Source of the DNA: Candidatus Azotimanducaceae bacterium
Lineage (GTDB): Bacteria; Pseudomonadota; Gammaproteobacteria; Pseudomonadales; Azotimanducaceae
Direction: 5' to 3'
DNA: 64,000 nucleotides
Assembly: GCA_965203735.1 (NCBI GenBank)
Contig: OZ241909.1
Span: forward strand, 2,539,809 to 2,603,808
Both the position numbers and the translations under genes were made by a program. The stretch's first letter is position 1. Every line of letters begins with the position of its first letter. This document shows, piece after piece, positions 37,769-47,678 of the stretch. Under the pieces are notes generated by a model that had not been told where the DNA came from, did no database searches, and saw only the letters and a list, made by a program, of their open reading frames with translations.

Positions 37769-39526
37769 ATGTTCGGAGGCTTTACTTCTAGAAAGCCAGG
37801 TCTTCACAAACAGACAAGGCTTGTATGGCAACTATTGTGCATGTCTGTGTTGATCGCTCCGTTGAGTCTTGTTGCTTCGGATGAACGAATGGACTTTGTT
37901 TCAGAACGGTTAGAAAATGCCGTTGAGAACGAGTTCATCGGCGCGGCTGTGGTCGGTAGCTACAACGCGGGAGAAGTCCAATACCGAAGCTTTGGCCGCG
38001 TAAGCCAGGACTCTGCTACATCGCCAAATGAGACAACTCTTTTCGAGATGGGCTCCATTTCCAAAGTATTTACGGCTGCACTAACACAGGTACTGGTAGA
38101 TTCTGAAGTCCTCAGCTGGGACAGCACTGTGAAGTCGTCACTTGGTAAATGGAATATTGTGAGCGGGAAAGTCAGGAATGTAACACTTCGAGAACTGGCC
38201 ACCCACAGCTCTGGGCTGCCTCGACTGCCACTCAATTGGAGAGCTATTGATCCGCTGGATCCTTACTTAGGATACGACACGAGGATGTTACAGGCATTTG
38301 TTGGTGCATTCGATCCTCCACAGTTGGAGAAGAAACTCGCTTACTCGAATCTCGGTTTTGGCTTACTAGGCAGCATTGCAGCGCATAACGCAGAAAAGAG
38401 CTATTCAGAAGCTCTAAAGGAACTCGTTCTAGATCCATTGGGAATGAATCACACAATTGTAGGTATTGGAGACGAGGCGAGAGCAACTTTGGCACAGGGG
38501 TTTGGATCAGGAGCAAAGATTCCGAATTGGAACTTTGAAGAAGCTATGGCGGGAGCAGGAGGGGTTCTTTCGACTGCCGAGGACATGATGCAATTCATCA
38601 AGCGAAACGTCGAAGCGGACGACTCGTCCATCCACAAGTCACTTAAACAGCTGCAGCAAGTCGTAATCCAGCCAAACCAAGCTCTCGCTTGGTCAATGCA
38701 ACTCAACGAGTCAGGCCAGCCTGTGTATTGGCATGCAGGCTTAACGGGTGGTTATGCATGTTTCGTGGCTATCAGTCCGGAAGAATCCAAGGGCTGGGTT
38801 TTGCTCACAACATCGATGCATGGAGGACTTGTCAATGAGATTGGGCAATCCTTTTTTGGTAAGAGCCAACGACCAGACCAGGTGGACCTTTCTGCCTTCT
38901 TAGGCGTCTACAAGATCATTCAAAACATGTACATGACCGTGACAGAACGTGACGGCCAACTCTTCGCACAAGCAACTGGACAGCAAGAAATTCCATTGAC
39001 GTTTGTTAAGGAACGAGAGTTCAAGTTCGATCCCGCTGACATGGTTCTTAGATTTGCGGAACCAAGAAACGGAAAGTCGCGCAGTTTCAATTTGCATCAA
39101 GGAATTCAGAACATGAGAGCGGGCCGAGTCGAAGACCGTTTCGGCATTCCGAAACGGGAAGAGATCGAGATTGACAAAGAGACTCTCACTGACTACCCCG
39201 GTATCTATCAATTGGCTCCAAGAGCAGTCTTATCTGTAATGCTTCGAGATGGACAACTCTTCACAATGTATGTAGGACCAAGTATCCCCGAACACGTCGT
39301 TCCCATTTTTGCGATGGAGAATGACCGTTTCTTTTACAAACAAACCGATGCTGAGGTGCTGTTTGAACGTGATAAAGAAGGCAAAATCTCCAGTCTGACC
39401 CTGTTTCAAAACGGGAAACACAAGGCAGCGAAGATTGATATGGGTAGTATGATGGGTACACCGAGTCCCGCCAACAGACCTAGTCGACCTGGACCCCCAA
39501 GTCAGTCAAATCGACCTAGGCATTGA
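37769..39526 (+). CDS. Beta-lactamase-family serine hydrolase with C-terminal extra domain
   Basis: The SxxK motif is FEMGSISKVFTA and a signal-like N-terminus is present. ATG 37769 is preceded by GGGAGGGGAGG; the six-frame ORF starts at GTG 37745. The C-terminus is a Pro-rich tail. Confidence 0.75.
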   Translation: MFGGFTSRKPGLHKQTRLVWQLLCMSVLIAPLSLVASDERMDFVSERLENAVENEFIGAAVVGSYNAGEVQYRSFGRVSQDSATSPNETTLFEMGSISKVFTAALTQVLVDSEVLSWDSTVKSSLGKWNIVSGKVRNVTLRELATHSSGLPRLPLNWRAIDPLDPYLGYDTRMLQAFVGAFDPPQLEKKLAYSNLGFGLLGSIAAHNAEKSYSEALKELVLDPLGMNHTIVGIGDEARATLAQGFGSGAKIPNWNFEEAMAGAGGVLSTAEDMMQFIKRNVEADDSSIHKSLKQLQQVVIQPNQALAWSMQLNESGQPVYWHAGLTGGYACFVAISPEESKGWVLLTTSMHGGLVNEIGQSFFGKSQRPDQVDLSAFLGVYKIIQNMYMTVTERDGQLFAQATGQQEIPLTFVKEREFKFDPADMVLRFAEPRNGKSRSFNLHQGIQNMRAGRVEDRFGIPKREEIEIDKETLTDYPGIYQLAPRAVLSVMLRDGQLFTMYVGPSIPEHVVPIFAMENDRFFYKQTDAEVLFERDKEGKISSLTLFQNGKHKAAKIDMGSMMGTPSPANRPSRPGPPSQSNRPRH

Positions 39527-40859
39527 GGCTATCAAAGCTCGTGATGCGTTCTCGGTTTCGCTGAATTCCTAGCTTCAGTTTGTTGGTGTCGATGGTCGTA
39601 GGAGTTCTTCCACGTACCAGATGTTTGCCGTCGACAAAGACATTGCTCACATCACGGCTTCCTGAGCTATAGGCTAGGTGCGACTCAACGTCATATAGCG
39701 GCAGGTGATGTGCGTTGTCAATGGAGACTTGAATGACGTCCGCCCGCATACCCGTTACCAGTTTGCCGATGGATTGTTGCATGCCTATAGCCACCGCTCC
39801 GTGTGATGTTGCCATTTTGAGAATTTCGCGCGCGGGGAGCACGGTCGAATCCAAAGTTTGTGCCCGTTGCATCAAACTTGCCACTCGCATCTCTTCCCAC
39901 ATATCCAAGTTGTTGCTACTAGCGGCTCCATCTGTCCCAAGTCCCACTGTAACGCCGCACTCTAGCAGGTCTACGATCGGGGCTGTGCCCGATGCAATGC
40001 GAGCATTACAGGTGGGATTGTGAACTACCCCCACGCCCTTTCGAGCCAAGATCTCAATCTCATCTCGCTCAGGCCAAACCACATGGGCCGCGATTACAGG
40101 GACGTCGAGTAAACCAATTCGTTCGAAGTGCGTGATCGGTGTCGTTCCATAGGAATCTCGAGAAAAGTCGAGCTCGAACTGCGACTCCGATAAGTGTATG
40201 TGAACTGGTACATCCAGACTTTTCGCCAGATCTCGCAATCTAACTAAATGCTCGTTCTTGAGCGTGTAGATCGCATGACCAGCCACAATGGGAACCACAG
40301 TGGCGCAGCGTCGAGACCAGTCTCTAACAAAATGCTCTGCTTGTTTGAATGAATCGTCAATGTCCACCGCGTCGTTTCGTGGTTGGTCCATCATCGAAGC
40401 TGAAATAAGTGCTCTCATTCCAATCTCTTCAACCGCGATTGCCGCTGTCTCGTGAAAGAAATACATGTCGACAAATGTCGTAGTCCCGCCCGACAACATT
40501 TCCCAACAAGCTAACTGCGTTCCTACACGTACGTAATCCTCGCTAACTGCATGAGCTTCAATCGGATTAATGTAGTCCTGCAACCATTCCATGAGAGGTA
40601 TATCGTCGGCGAAACCCCGTAGCAAGCACATGGCTGCGTGCGTATGCCCATTTATCAGTCCCGGCATGACTATCTGATCAGTTCCGTCTACTAATTGACG
40701 AGATTGAAAGTTGCGTTCTATGTCTTTTATCGATCCCACACTGACAATCTCACCGGTATCAATGGCAACTGCACCTTGTGTGATGACATTGCGCTCGTCG
40801 TTCATTGTTACGACGTAGTCGCCGCACACGATGGTTTCTACAGTCTGCTTACCGGTCAT
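39516..40859 (-). CDS. Amidohydrolase of the MtaD / TRZ-ATZ type (5-methylthioadenosine/S-adenosylhomocysteine deaminase-like)
   Basis: It has the motifs PGLINGHTHAAMCLLRGFADDIPLMEWL, HLSES and GLGTDGAASSNNLDMWEEMR. Confidence 0.7.
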   Translation of the reverse strand: MTGKQTVETIVCGDYVVTMNDERNVITQGAVAIDTGEIVSVGSIKDIERNFQSRQLVDGTDQIVMPGLINGHTHAAMCLLRGFADDIPLMEWLQDYINPIEAHAVSEDYVRVGTQLACWEMLSGGTTTFVDMYFFHETAAIAVEEIGMRALISASMMDQPRNDAVDIDDSFKQAEHFVRDWSRRCATVVPIVAGHAIYTLKNEHLVRLRDLAKSLDVPVHIHLSESQFELDFSRDSYGTTPITHFERIGLLDVPVIAAHVVWPERDEIEILARKGVGVVHNPTCNARIASGTAPIVDLLECGVTVGLGTDGAASSNNLDMWEEMRVASLMQRAQTLDSTVLPAREILKMATSHGAVAIGMQQSIGKLVTGMRADVIQVSIDNAHHLPLYDVESHLAYSSGSRDVSNVFVDGKHLVRGRTPTTIDTNKLKLGIQRNRERITSFDSLNA

Positions 40860-40886
40860 TCGTTGGGTCCATTGTGATCCGTTGAT

Positions 40887-43499
40887 TCATCCAGTGTTTC
40901 TTAAGCCTGTCGCTATTCCCGCCATGGTCACTTTCAGGGCTCGTAGGACCTCATTCTCTTGGGCAGTGGAGTGTCGATGTCTATAAAGTAGCTCAATCTG
41001 CAGCACATGAAGTGGGTCGAGGTAAGTGTTGCGTACTGCTAACGAATCTACCATTGACTGATTCTGATCCAATAATCGATCTGTACCGCGTAATTTAAGC
41101 AAGTGCGATTTGGCTCGCTGGATTCGGTCGATAAGCTCGGAAACGGTACCTAGAGCCATCCCTTGTGTTAGTAGTCGACTAGCGTACATTCGAACAAGCG
41201 TCGGTTCAACTTTCGCTAACATCACTTCCAGTAAGTCGATTTGCATTTGAAAGAAAGGCAGTTTGTACAGTCTGTGGAAAAGTTCTTTGTCTTGGCACAG
41301 AGCATCCAAGGCGACTTCGGTTCCTAACCAGGCAGGTAGCATCATTCGAACCTGAGTCCACGCGAACACCCATGGAATCGCACGAAGAGATGAAATGTCG
41401 TTGCTGTCACGACGTCGCGCAGGGCGGCTACCAATCGCGAGTTCAGATAGCTCGCGTTCCGGAGTGAGTTCTCGAAAGGCTGAGACGAAATTATCTTCAC
41501 TCACCATAGTTCGGTAAGAAGAACCTGTTAGAGCTGTTAATTGATCCAGTGCACCTCTTTCGACATTCTCGATTGACGTATGGGAGGCGTGCGTGGCTTC
41601 TACCGTTGCAAGCATGTAACCAATCAAAGTAGCATGAGCGACTTCTGGGGTACCAAGTTTGTAGCGAATCATTTCGCCCTGTTCTGTTGTACGTAAAGAT
41701 CCATTTACTGTTCCCGGAGGCTGCGCCAAGATGGCTAAGGTGCTAGGTCCCCCTCCACGACCTATTGCGCCACCACGACCGTGGAACAAAGTTAGAGAGA
41801 CTCCAAAGCGTTGTGCGACACGGTTGAGATCCTCTTGAGCGCGATACTGAGCCCATGCAGCTGCAAATTGCCCCGTGTCTTTAGCTGAGTCTGAGTAGCC
41901 AATCATTACAACCTGAAGGTTGTCTTGTTCGCTTAGGTATTCTCGATACCACGGTATCTCGAACAGCGTCTGCATGACTTCACCTGCACGGTTCAGATCT
42001 CTTAGAGACTCGAACAACGGGACGATCGGAATAGCCTTTTTCAGTCCAGACTCCTTGAGCAATAGGGCAACTATTAGGACGTCTGAAGGTTCTTCCGCCA
42101 TCGAAATAATGTACGAAGAAGTGCCCCTTCCACCATCTCTAGCTATGACATCACAAGTCTCTATGACTTCCTGAGACTCGTCCGATGGTTCCCAGTCTCG
42201 TGCAAAGAACGGTCGTCTGCTCTGCAACTCCTTAGTCAGAAAGACTTGCTTAGTAGACTCGGACCAATCGCTAAACACACTTCTAGAGCTCTCCGGCTTA
42301 CGGTAATACTCCACTATTTCATCCAGAACCAGTCGGTGACGGTCCGCACTCTGCCGTATATCGAGCTTGACTAGGTTCGCTCCGAAGCAGTGCGCTCGCC
42401 TTAACGTGTCAAGAAGAGGACCTTGTGCAATTTGCTGAAGTCCTACATTCGTCAATGATTCGAAACAGAGTTTGAGCGGAGCTTGAATTTCGTGGTCATG
42501 AACAATTACTTGAGGCGAGACTTCCACTCGTCCCTCCGCCCAATCTCGAGTAGTTCTCAAGCGGCTCCGCAATTCCTTGAGGACTGCACGATATGGTTCA
42601 TCCGAGTCGCCTGATTCGGAACGAAGAGCACTATCACAGGCCGACATTGAAAGGTCGCCGATTAATACCTCAACGTCGCGTAGGAGTAGGTCTGCTGACA
42701 TCCAGCGAGCCAAGCGCAAAACTTCCTCGGTAACTTTGGCAGTGACGTTTGGATTAGCGTCACGGTCTCCTCCCATCCATGACGCAACTCGAAAGGGGCT
42801 GAACTCGGGAGGCAGCTGCTCAAACCCCTTGCTAGCAAGAAAATCGTCGAGAGTACGACAAGCGTTCGGGATTGCATGCCAAAGTGAGTTCTCGACCACA
42901 GCAAATCCCCATTTGGCTTCATCTATGGGAGTTGGCTTTTGTTTCCGAATCTCATCCGTGTGCCAGACTTCAGTGATTAATCGCTTGAGATGCTCACTCT
43001 TCTGTTCGTGATTTTGGCCGAGTACTCGTGCCACCTCATCGTATTTTCGAATCAACGTTCGTCGAAGCACTTCAGTCGGGTGTGCGGTAAGCACCATCTC
43101 AATGCTCGTTTCAAGGATTGACCTAGGAAAGTCCTGGTCCAAGACTTCGTAATTTCGTTCAAAGTCTCGTTGTAACTGACTGAAGGCGTACTGATGTTCG
43201 TTTCTCTGTTCAGCAATATTCGCCAAACTAAGAAATTGGTTGAACGCGCGTGCGATATCGACTAGTTCGGCATCGGTCAAGGCCCGAAGGCGAGTCTGCA
43301 AGTTGTCCAAGTCCACTTCCCTTTCGTTGCGGGCTTGTTTTGCCAGACTGCGGAGCTCTTCAATGGTTTGAACAAACGCTTCTCCACGAGCGTCCGCAAT
43401 GACTTCGCCAAGAATCGAGCCTAGTAGACGAACATCATCACGCAGGTCTTGCGGTATTGTTTCAAAGTCTTGATTGGTCTTACGATTGTCGATTGTCAA
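40887..43499 (-). CDS. ppc: Phosphoenolpyruvate carboxylase
   Basis: 870 aa. Signature motifs are VMIGYSDSAKDTG and FHGRGGAIGRGGGP, and the C-terminus is GLRNTG. TTG start. Confidence 0.95.
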   Translation of the reverse strand: MTIDNRKTNQDFETIPQDLRDDVRLLGSILGEVIADARGEAFVQTIEELRSLAKQARNEREVDLDNLQTRLRALTDAELVDIARAFNQFLSLANIAEQRNEHQYAFSQLQRDFERNYEVLDQDFPRSILETSIEMVLTAHPTEVLRRTLIRKYDEVARVLGQNHEQKSEHLKRLITEVWHTDEIRKQKPTPIDEAKWGFAVVENSLWHAIPNACRTLDDFLASKGFEQLPPEFSPFRVASWMGGDRDANPNVTAKVTEEVLRLARWMSADLLLRDVEVLIGDLSMSACDSALRSESGDSDEPYRAVLKELRSRLRTTRDWAEGRVEVSPQVIVHDHEIQAPLKLCFESLTNVGLQQIAQGPLLDTLRRAHCFGANLVKLDIRQSADRHRLVLDEIVEYYRKPESSRSVFSDWSESTKQVFLTKELQSRRPFFARDWEPSDESQEVIETCDVIARDGGRGTSSYIISMAEEPSDVLIVALLLKESGLKKAIPIVPLFESLRDLNRAGEVMQTLFEIPWYREYLSEQDNLQVVMIGYSDSAKDTGQFAAAWAQYRAQEDLNRVAQRFGVSLTLFHGRGGAIGRGGGPSTLAILAQPPGTVNGSLRTTEQGEMIRYKLGTPEVAHATLIGYMLATVEATHASHTSIENVERGALDQLTALTGSSYRTMVSEDNFVSAFRELTPERELSELAIGSRPARRRDSNDISSLRAIPWVFAWTQVRMMLPAWLGTEVALDALCQDKELFHRLYKLPFFQMQIDLLEVMLAKVEPTLVRMYASRLLTQGMALGTVSELIDRIQRAKSHLLKLRGTDRLLDQNQSMVDSLAVRNTYLDPLHVLQIELLYRHRHSTAQENEVLRALKVTMAGIATGLRNTG

Positions 43500-43632
43500 T
43501 CCACTACCCCAGGATTAACGACCAGAATAAGTACCCCAAGAGAGAACCAACTGAAAAGAGTAAATTGGATTTGTTGGCTATCCTAGGTTCAAAATTTGAA
43601 AAGCTTGAGTCACGAGTTCGAACGGCCGAATT

Positions 43633-44487
43633 TCATCCGTCATAGAAGCCTTGAGCGTGTAAACCAAACAACAGTCGTTCTCGTACGGAATCGATTCGGG
43701 ATAGTGCTCCGTCGTCGATGTGGTTTCGTTCCTGAGTCGTTTTCACGCGCTGGGCAATATCGCGCCTTGCATAGTGAACTTGGAGAAAGAATCGTCCATT
43801 GTGTTTGCTTGCCGGAGGCATTCTTCGATGCCACACATCGGATACGAAGAAAAGCACGTCCCCTATTCTCGTTGCAAACGTTTGTGCTCCAATTCCGTTG
43901 AACTTTAACTCGGTATCGTTTCTTTGCTCTTGCGGAGGAGGTCGTCCGGACTTATGACTTCCAGGAACAACTGCTGTTGGACCAGACTCCAACGGACAGT
44001 TTTGGAGATAAATGTGCACTCCGACTGCAAACGTGGGATGCGGAATCTCGACTGGCCACACCTGATTAGGCGCTAACGGGATATGGGGACCGGCATCGAT
44101 GTGCCATGCTCCTCCTCCATGACGAGACTTGTCACTGGGAGGATTTCGCCAGCACGTGTTAGCAATGATGTGACAATCTTCACCGAGTAGTGGCTCTATG
44201 ACATCCAATATTTCCCGGCGTCCGACAATTTCTTGAGACAACGGGCTCCGATTGAACATTTCATAACGGAACTCGTCAGCAATTTCTCGCGACTTGTTGG
44301 ATCCTCTGGAGTCAGGTGGCAGTTCCGCGTAAACCTGTTCGATCTCGCTTTTGAGCGCGGCCATTTCATCTTGTGAAAAAGCGCTTCGAACTAACGTTGC
44401 ACCGCAGTCTTCAAGTTCTCGGCTGTTTGCGGACACGCACTCTTTCAGCGGCATCAGATAGCCGCCTGGCCATGCACGAGTCAGCAT
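43633..44487 (-). CDS. Phytanoyl-CoA dioxygenase (PhyH) family Fe(II)/2-oxoglutarate oxygenase
   Basis: The HxD motif lies in GGAWHIDAGPH. A distal His lies in the VWHRRMPP region. Length is 284 aa. Confidence 0.7.
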   Translation of the reverse strand: MLTRAWPGGYLMPLKECVSANSRELEDCGATLVRSAFSQDEMAALKSEIEQVYAELPPDSRGSNKSREIADEFRYEMFNRSPLSQEIVGRREILDVIEPLLGEDCHIIANTCWRNPPSDKSRHGGGAWHIDAGPHIPLAPNQVWPVEIPHPTFAVGVHIYLQNCPLESGPTAVVPGSHKSGRPPPQEQRNDTELKFNGIGAQTFATRIGDVLFFVSDVWHRRMPPASKHNGRFFLQVHYARRDIAQRVKTTQERNHIDDGALSRIDSVRERLLFGLHAQGFYDG

Positions 44488-44567
44488 CGGAGAAATCTCT
44501 GGGCTAATGAGAGTTCAATCACGGCTCAATACCACTGGATTGAACCCGTGCTCGTTGCAGACGACTA

Positions 44568-45098
44568 CTATTTCCGAGTGTAAATTCTGTCAAGAACTAT
44601 CCGCTCCTTTCCCGCATTGACCCTCACATGTATCGTCAAGACGCTACCATTCAATGTGTACGTCTCCGATCCCCGAACTGAATCTCGTGTCTTAGAGATC
44701 ACAAGGGACTCTCCATTCCATCCAACTTCGATTCTCCACCGGTTGCGCACTTGTATCCCCCACTTGTAGTCCGCATAGGGTGCGTCCTCAAATTGAATGC
44801 CCATCGATTCATCATCCTGTTCAATACGCATCGTCTCCGCTGCTACTACGGGAAAGTCGTGGATTATGAAGGTAGCCGAGTTAGTTGGATCAGATTGTCT
44901 TCCGGCTATAGCGCGCCGTTGCTCTGAATCTTGGATCTTGGAAAGGTCTGGAGTTAGGTCGCTTGATTCTTCATCCAGCGTCCAAGACCCTGTCAGATCA
45001 AATGATTGTGGAATCTCATAGTTTATGCCGGCGCATCCGACCATGAAAACCAGCACAATTGCCATAACAATTCTTCTAAAGGAATCTAAGTACTTCAT
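44568..45098 (-). CDS. Small lipoprotein of unknown function (family shared with 60454..61044)
   Basis: The lipobox signal is MKYLDSFRRIVMAIVLVFMVGCAG. The start overlaps the 3' end of the upstream hydrolase gene by 23 nt. Confidence 0.5.
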   Translation of the reverse strand: MKYLDSFRRIVMAIVLVFMVGCAGINYEIPQSFDLTGSWTLDEESSDLTPDLSKIQDSEQRRAIAGRQSDPTNSATFIIHDFPVVAAETMRIEQDDESMGIQFEDAPYADYKWGIQVRNRWRIEVGWNGESLVISKTRDSVRGSETYTLNGSVLTIHVRVNAGKERIVLDRIYTRK

Positions 45099-45909
45099 CT
45101 CGGAATTCCTTGGGTTTGTCCAATGGAACGGAGTGTCCCGATCCCTCTATCTCGGCAAACTCGCAATCGTCCACAAGGTCGACAAATTTCTTGGCGATCT
45201 CGGGCGTTAGCAAGTTACTATTCTGGCCGCGTATTAGCAATGTGGGAACAACAATATCCGCTACAGCGTCCCAACCCTCCTGCACACTCGGCCGCCTTGT
45301 TGTCAATCTGTTGGGTTGTCGAAATGCCCGATCAAATTTGAAAGTCCATTTTCCGTCCTCAGTCCGCATGAGCGAGTGGCGAACCCGATGAAAGTGTACG
45401 TCTTCCGGTGGAACGGAATTTGCGGCACGAGCTCGCACGAACGCTTCGTCAATTGTCTCGAAAACGTCACCTTGACTGACACCTTGCTGAATCGCTCGAA
45501 TCCCTGTGGTTGCGAGTTCGGGTGCGATATCAACGATAACTAGCCTTTGCAGACCTTCAGGTCTTTGAGCGGCAAAGTGAATGGCCACCGTTCCGCCCAT
45601 CGAGAGTCCGACCAAATAATATGCTTTCAAGTCAAGCGCACAAATGAAACAATTGAGATCTTCCTTCATCTCATGAGCTCCATATTGGGAATCCGCCGAC
45701 CAGTCCGATTCACCGTGACCTCGCTGATCAAGAGCTAGGACTCGGAATCGCTCGCTCGCAGTTTCCGCAAAACTATCCCAAGAACGTGCATGACCCGAAA
45801 ATCCGTGCAATAAGATCAAAATAGGAGCGTTATTGGCACTAGATTCCCAGTCCCGATAGTGAAATCTGAGACCCCGCATTTCGATGAGATCGTCAGTCAC
45901 TCTACTCAT
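45076..45909 (-). CDS. Alpha/beta hydrolase fold protein
   Basis: It has HG in LILLHGFSGH, the nucleophile elbow VGLSMGG and a C-terminal GHSVPLDKP histidine. Confidence 0.75.
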   Translation of the reverse strand: MSRVTDDLIEMRGLRFHYRDWESSANNAPILILLHGFSGHARSWDSFAETASERFRVLALDQRGHGESDWSADSQYGAHEMKEDLNCFICALDLKAYYLVGLSMGGTVAIHFAAQRPEGLQRLVIVDIAPELATTGIRAIQQGVSQGDVFETIDEAFVRARAANSVPPEDVHFHRVRHSLMRTEDGKWTFKFDRAFRQPNRLTTRRPSVQEGWDAVADIVVPTLLIRGQNSNLLTPEIAKKFVDLVDDCEFAEIEGSGHSVPLDKPKEFRDEVLRFL

Positions 45910-46622
45910 GAGGATTGGAGGCTCTCACAACTATTTCTTAGCATAGTTCTCTCCATTTAGTCACTCTAAGTGAATTCAGAGTACTATTCGCTAGCTCCAC
46001 AAAATTATACGACCCAGCCCACAAAGAGACGCATGGAGTAAGATTGAGTTGTGGAGCACATTCTGTTAGCTTAAAATTATGTAGGGTTGTCGTTTGCTAG
46101 GTCTTCAATGTATCTCTAGAGGAATAGTCTCATAACCTATTGATATTTAATCATAATTGGTCCCATTACTACAATCTGTGAATCATAGCAATATGAGCAC
46201 AGCCAACCCGCGCGGTTATCTCAGTTTGACGAAGATGCTAGAGGTCAGATGGTGAGTTCTGACGAAACTTAGAACAAGAGGCTTATGTCTCGCGCGCCAT
46301 GCCAGACTAGAGCGTGCGCTACAGGAATCAACAGCCAATCCGAGATGTATTATTCAATAATATCATTAACTTAATTCACACACATAAAGATTACTCTCAG
46401 ATTCAACTCAATTCAGAAGAGACCTCAATTGCTCTTTTTCGCCTCGAGTCATGCATCCGAGATCTAGGATTGCTTTCGACTTCGTTTGCTGTGAAACCGC
46501 TTAACTTAGAGCGATCTAGTTCAAACTCTAGTAGGAGAAAGCAGTTGTAGAGAATCAAGCCTTGACAATGCGCGGTATTGGTACAAGTCTCCGAAATCAC
46601 ATCAACCAATCACCGTCAAAAT

Positions 46623-46655
46623 GGGCTGATTCAAAATTAGATTTTGAATCAGCCC
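46623..46655 (-). terminator. Perfect 15-bp hairpin, probable intrinsic terminator of the Yip1 gene 46731..47441
   Basis: GGGCTGATTCAAAAT, loop TAG, then ATTTTGAATCAGCCC. On the minus-strand transcript the hairpin is followed by AUUUUG. It lies 75 nt downstream of the stop codon. Confidence 0.55.
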
Positions 46656-46730
46656 AATTGGCGTGGTTACCAATCTACAAGTTGGAGAATGAAATTCAGT
46701 CTGTATTCAACGGAGTGTTGAACGCGGCAT

Positions 46731-47441
46731 TCACCCACCCATCATGCCTTGAAAGGATTCGCCCATGCTTGCACCCATGGAACTAAAGAGTATTGCAATC
46801 ACAAGAGGAATGAGCGCAACGAGGACGCTTGTAACAACTCCCTTTTGTAACCAACTATCCAGTCCGTTGATCGTGATGTATAGAGTCCATAAGGCAGGAA
46901 TTGTGATTGCCATAGCCCAATGTGCAGTCATTCCAAACCATCCAAGCACGGCTAGACCGTTCGCCCACTCCTGTCCACCAATTGCTACCAGCACAAGCGT
47001 TAGAACTGCCCCAACAGCAATTGGAACGGAAACCCAGCAACTGAATCCGAACCAGTCGACCCAACTTGCATCTGATTGCACAATCTTGCCTACAACAAAA
47101 TAAAAAGTGCCCAGTATGAGAAAGCCGATTGCTATGACTATGGGTCCACCAATGAGTGCTCCGATCGCACCCATCGTTCTCATCATGGAAATCGCTCCTG
47201 GACTATCCAACAATTGCCTTTGCGCTTCAGCAGCTTCCGACTGACCCCTATTCTCCAGCGCTTCAATTTGTGCCTCTAGAACAGATGTGAACGTTTCATC
47301 CGGTGTCATGTAGACGGTAATTGCGGCACAGATCCCCGCGACTAGCAATATCGTTACAAGGGGCAAGACGATCGGCACGTCTTCGCGCATATCATCGAAT
47401 TCCTGTCTCGGAGAAATCAAGATCTTCCAAAGTCTTTCCAC
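46731..47441 (-). CDS. Yip1-domain (DUF1282-like) membrane protein, paralogue A
   Basis: The N-terminus is MERLWKILISPRQEFDDM. It has five hydrophobic segments. GTG start. It can be aligned by eye with 47679..48380. Confidence 0.6.
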   Translation of the reverse strand: MERLWKILISPRQEFDDMREDVPIVLPLVTILLVAGICAAITVYMTPDETFTSVLEAQIEALENRGQSEAAEAQRQLLDSPGAISMMRTMGAIGALIGGPIVIAIGFLILGTFYFVVGKIVQSDASWVDWFGFSCWVSVPIAVGAVLTLVLVAIGGQEWANGLAVLGWFGMTAHWAMAITIPALWTLYITINGLDSWLQKGVVTSVLVALIPLVIAILFSSMGASMGESFQGMMGG

Positions 47442-47678
47442 GACCCAATCCTTTTCAGAAATGTTTCACTCATAGTAGCAAACAAATCGTTGTGCTGAAT
47501 TTCAACCACCAAAGGGAGCGGCATGACAGAAGCAAGTCAATCTCTGTCCGGTTTGTGCGGGTGTTTGTGTCCGGACCCGAGGTACTTCCGTATGGTGAAT
47601 TAACTCGCTTGGGACTGTCTTTCTCGGAGCGCTAGATCGAGATTGGAACGCACAGTACAGCTCGACTTGTAACTTGGT

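Noticed and set aside
42577-43011. 144-aa plus-strand ORF inside ppc.
   Set aside because: It is antisense to an unambiguous, full-length PEP carboxylase gene.
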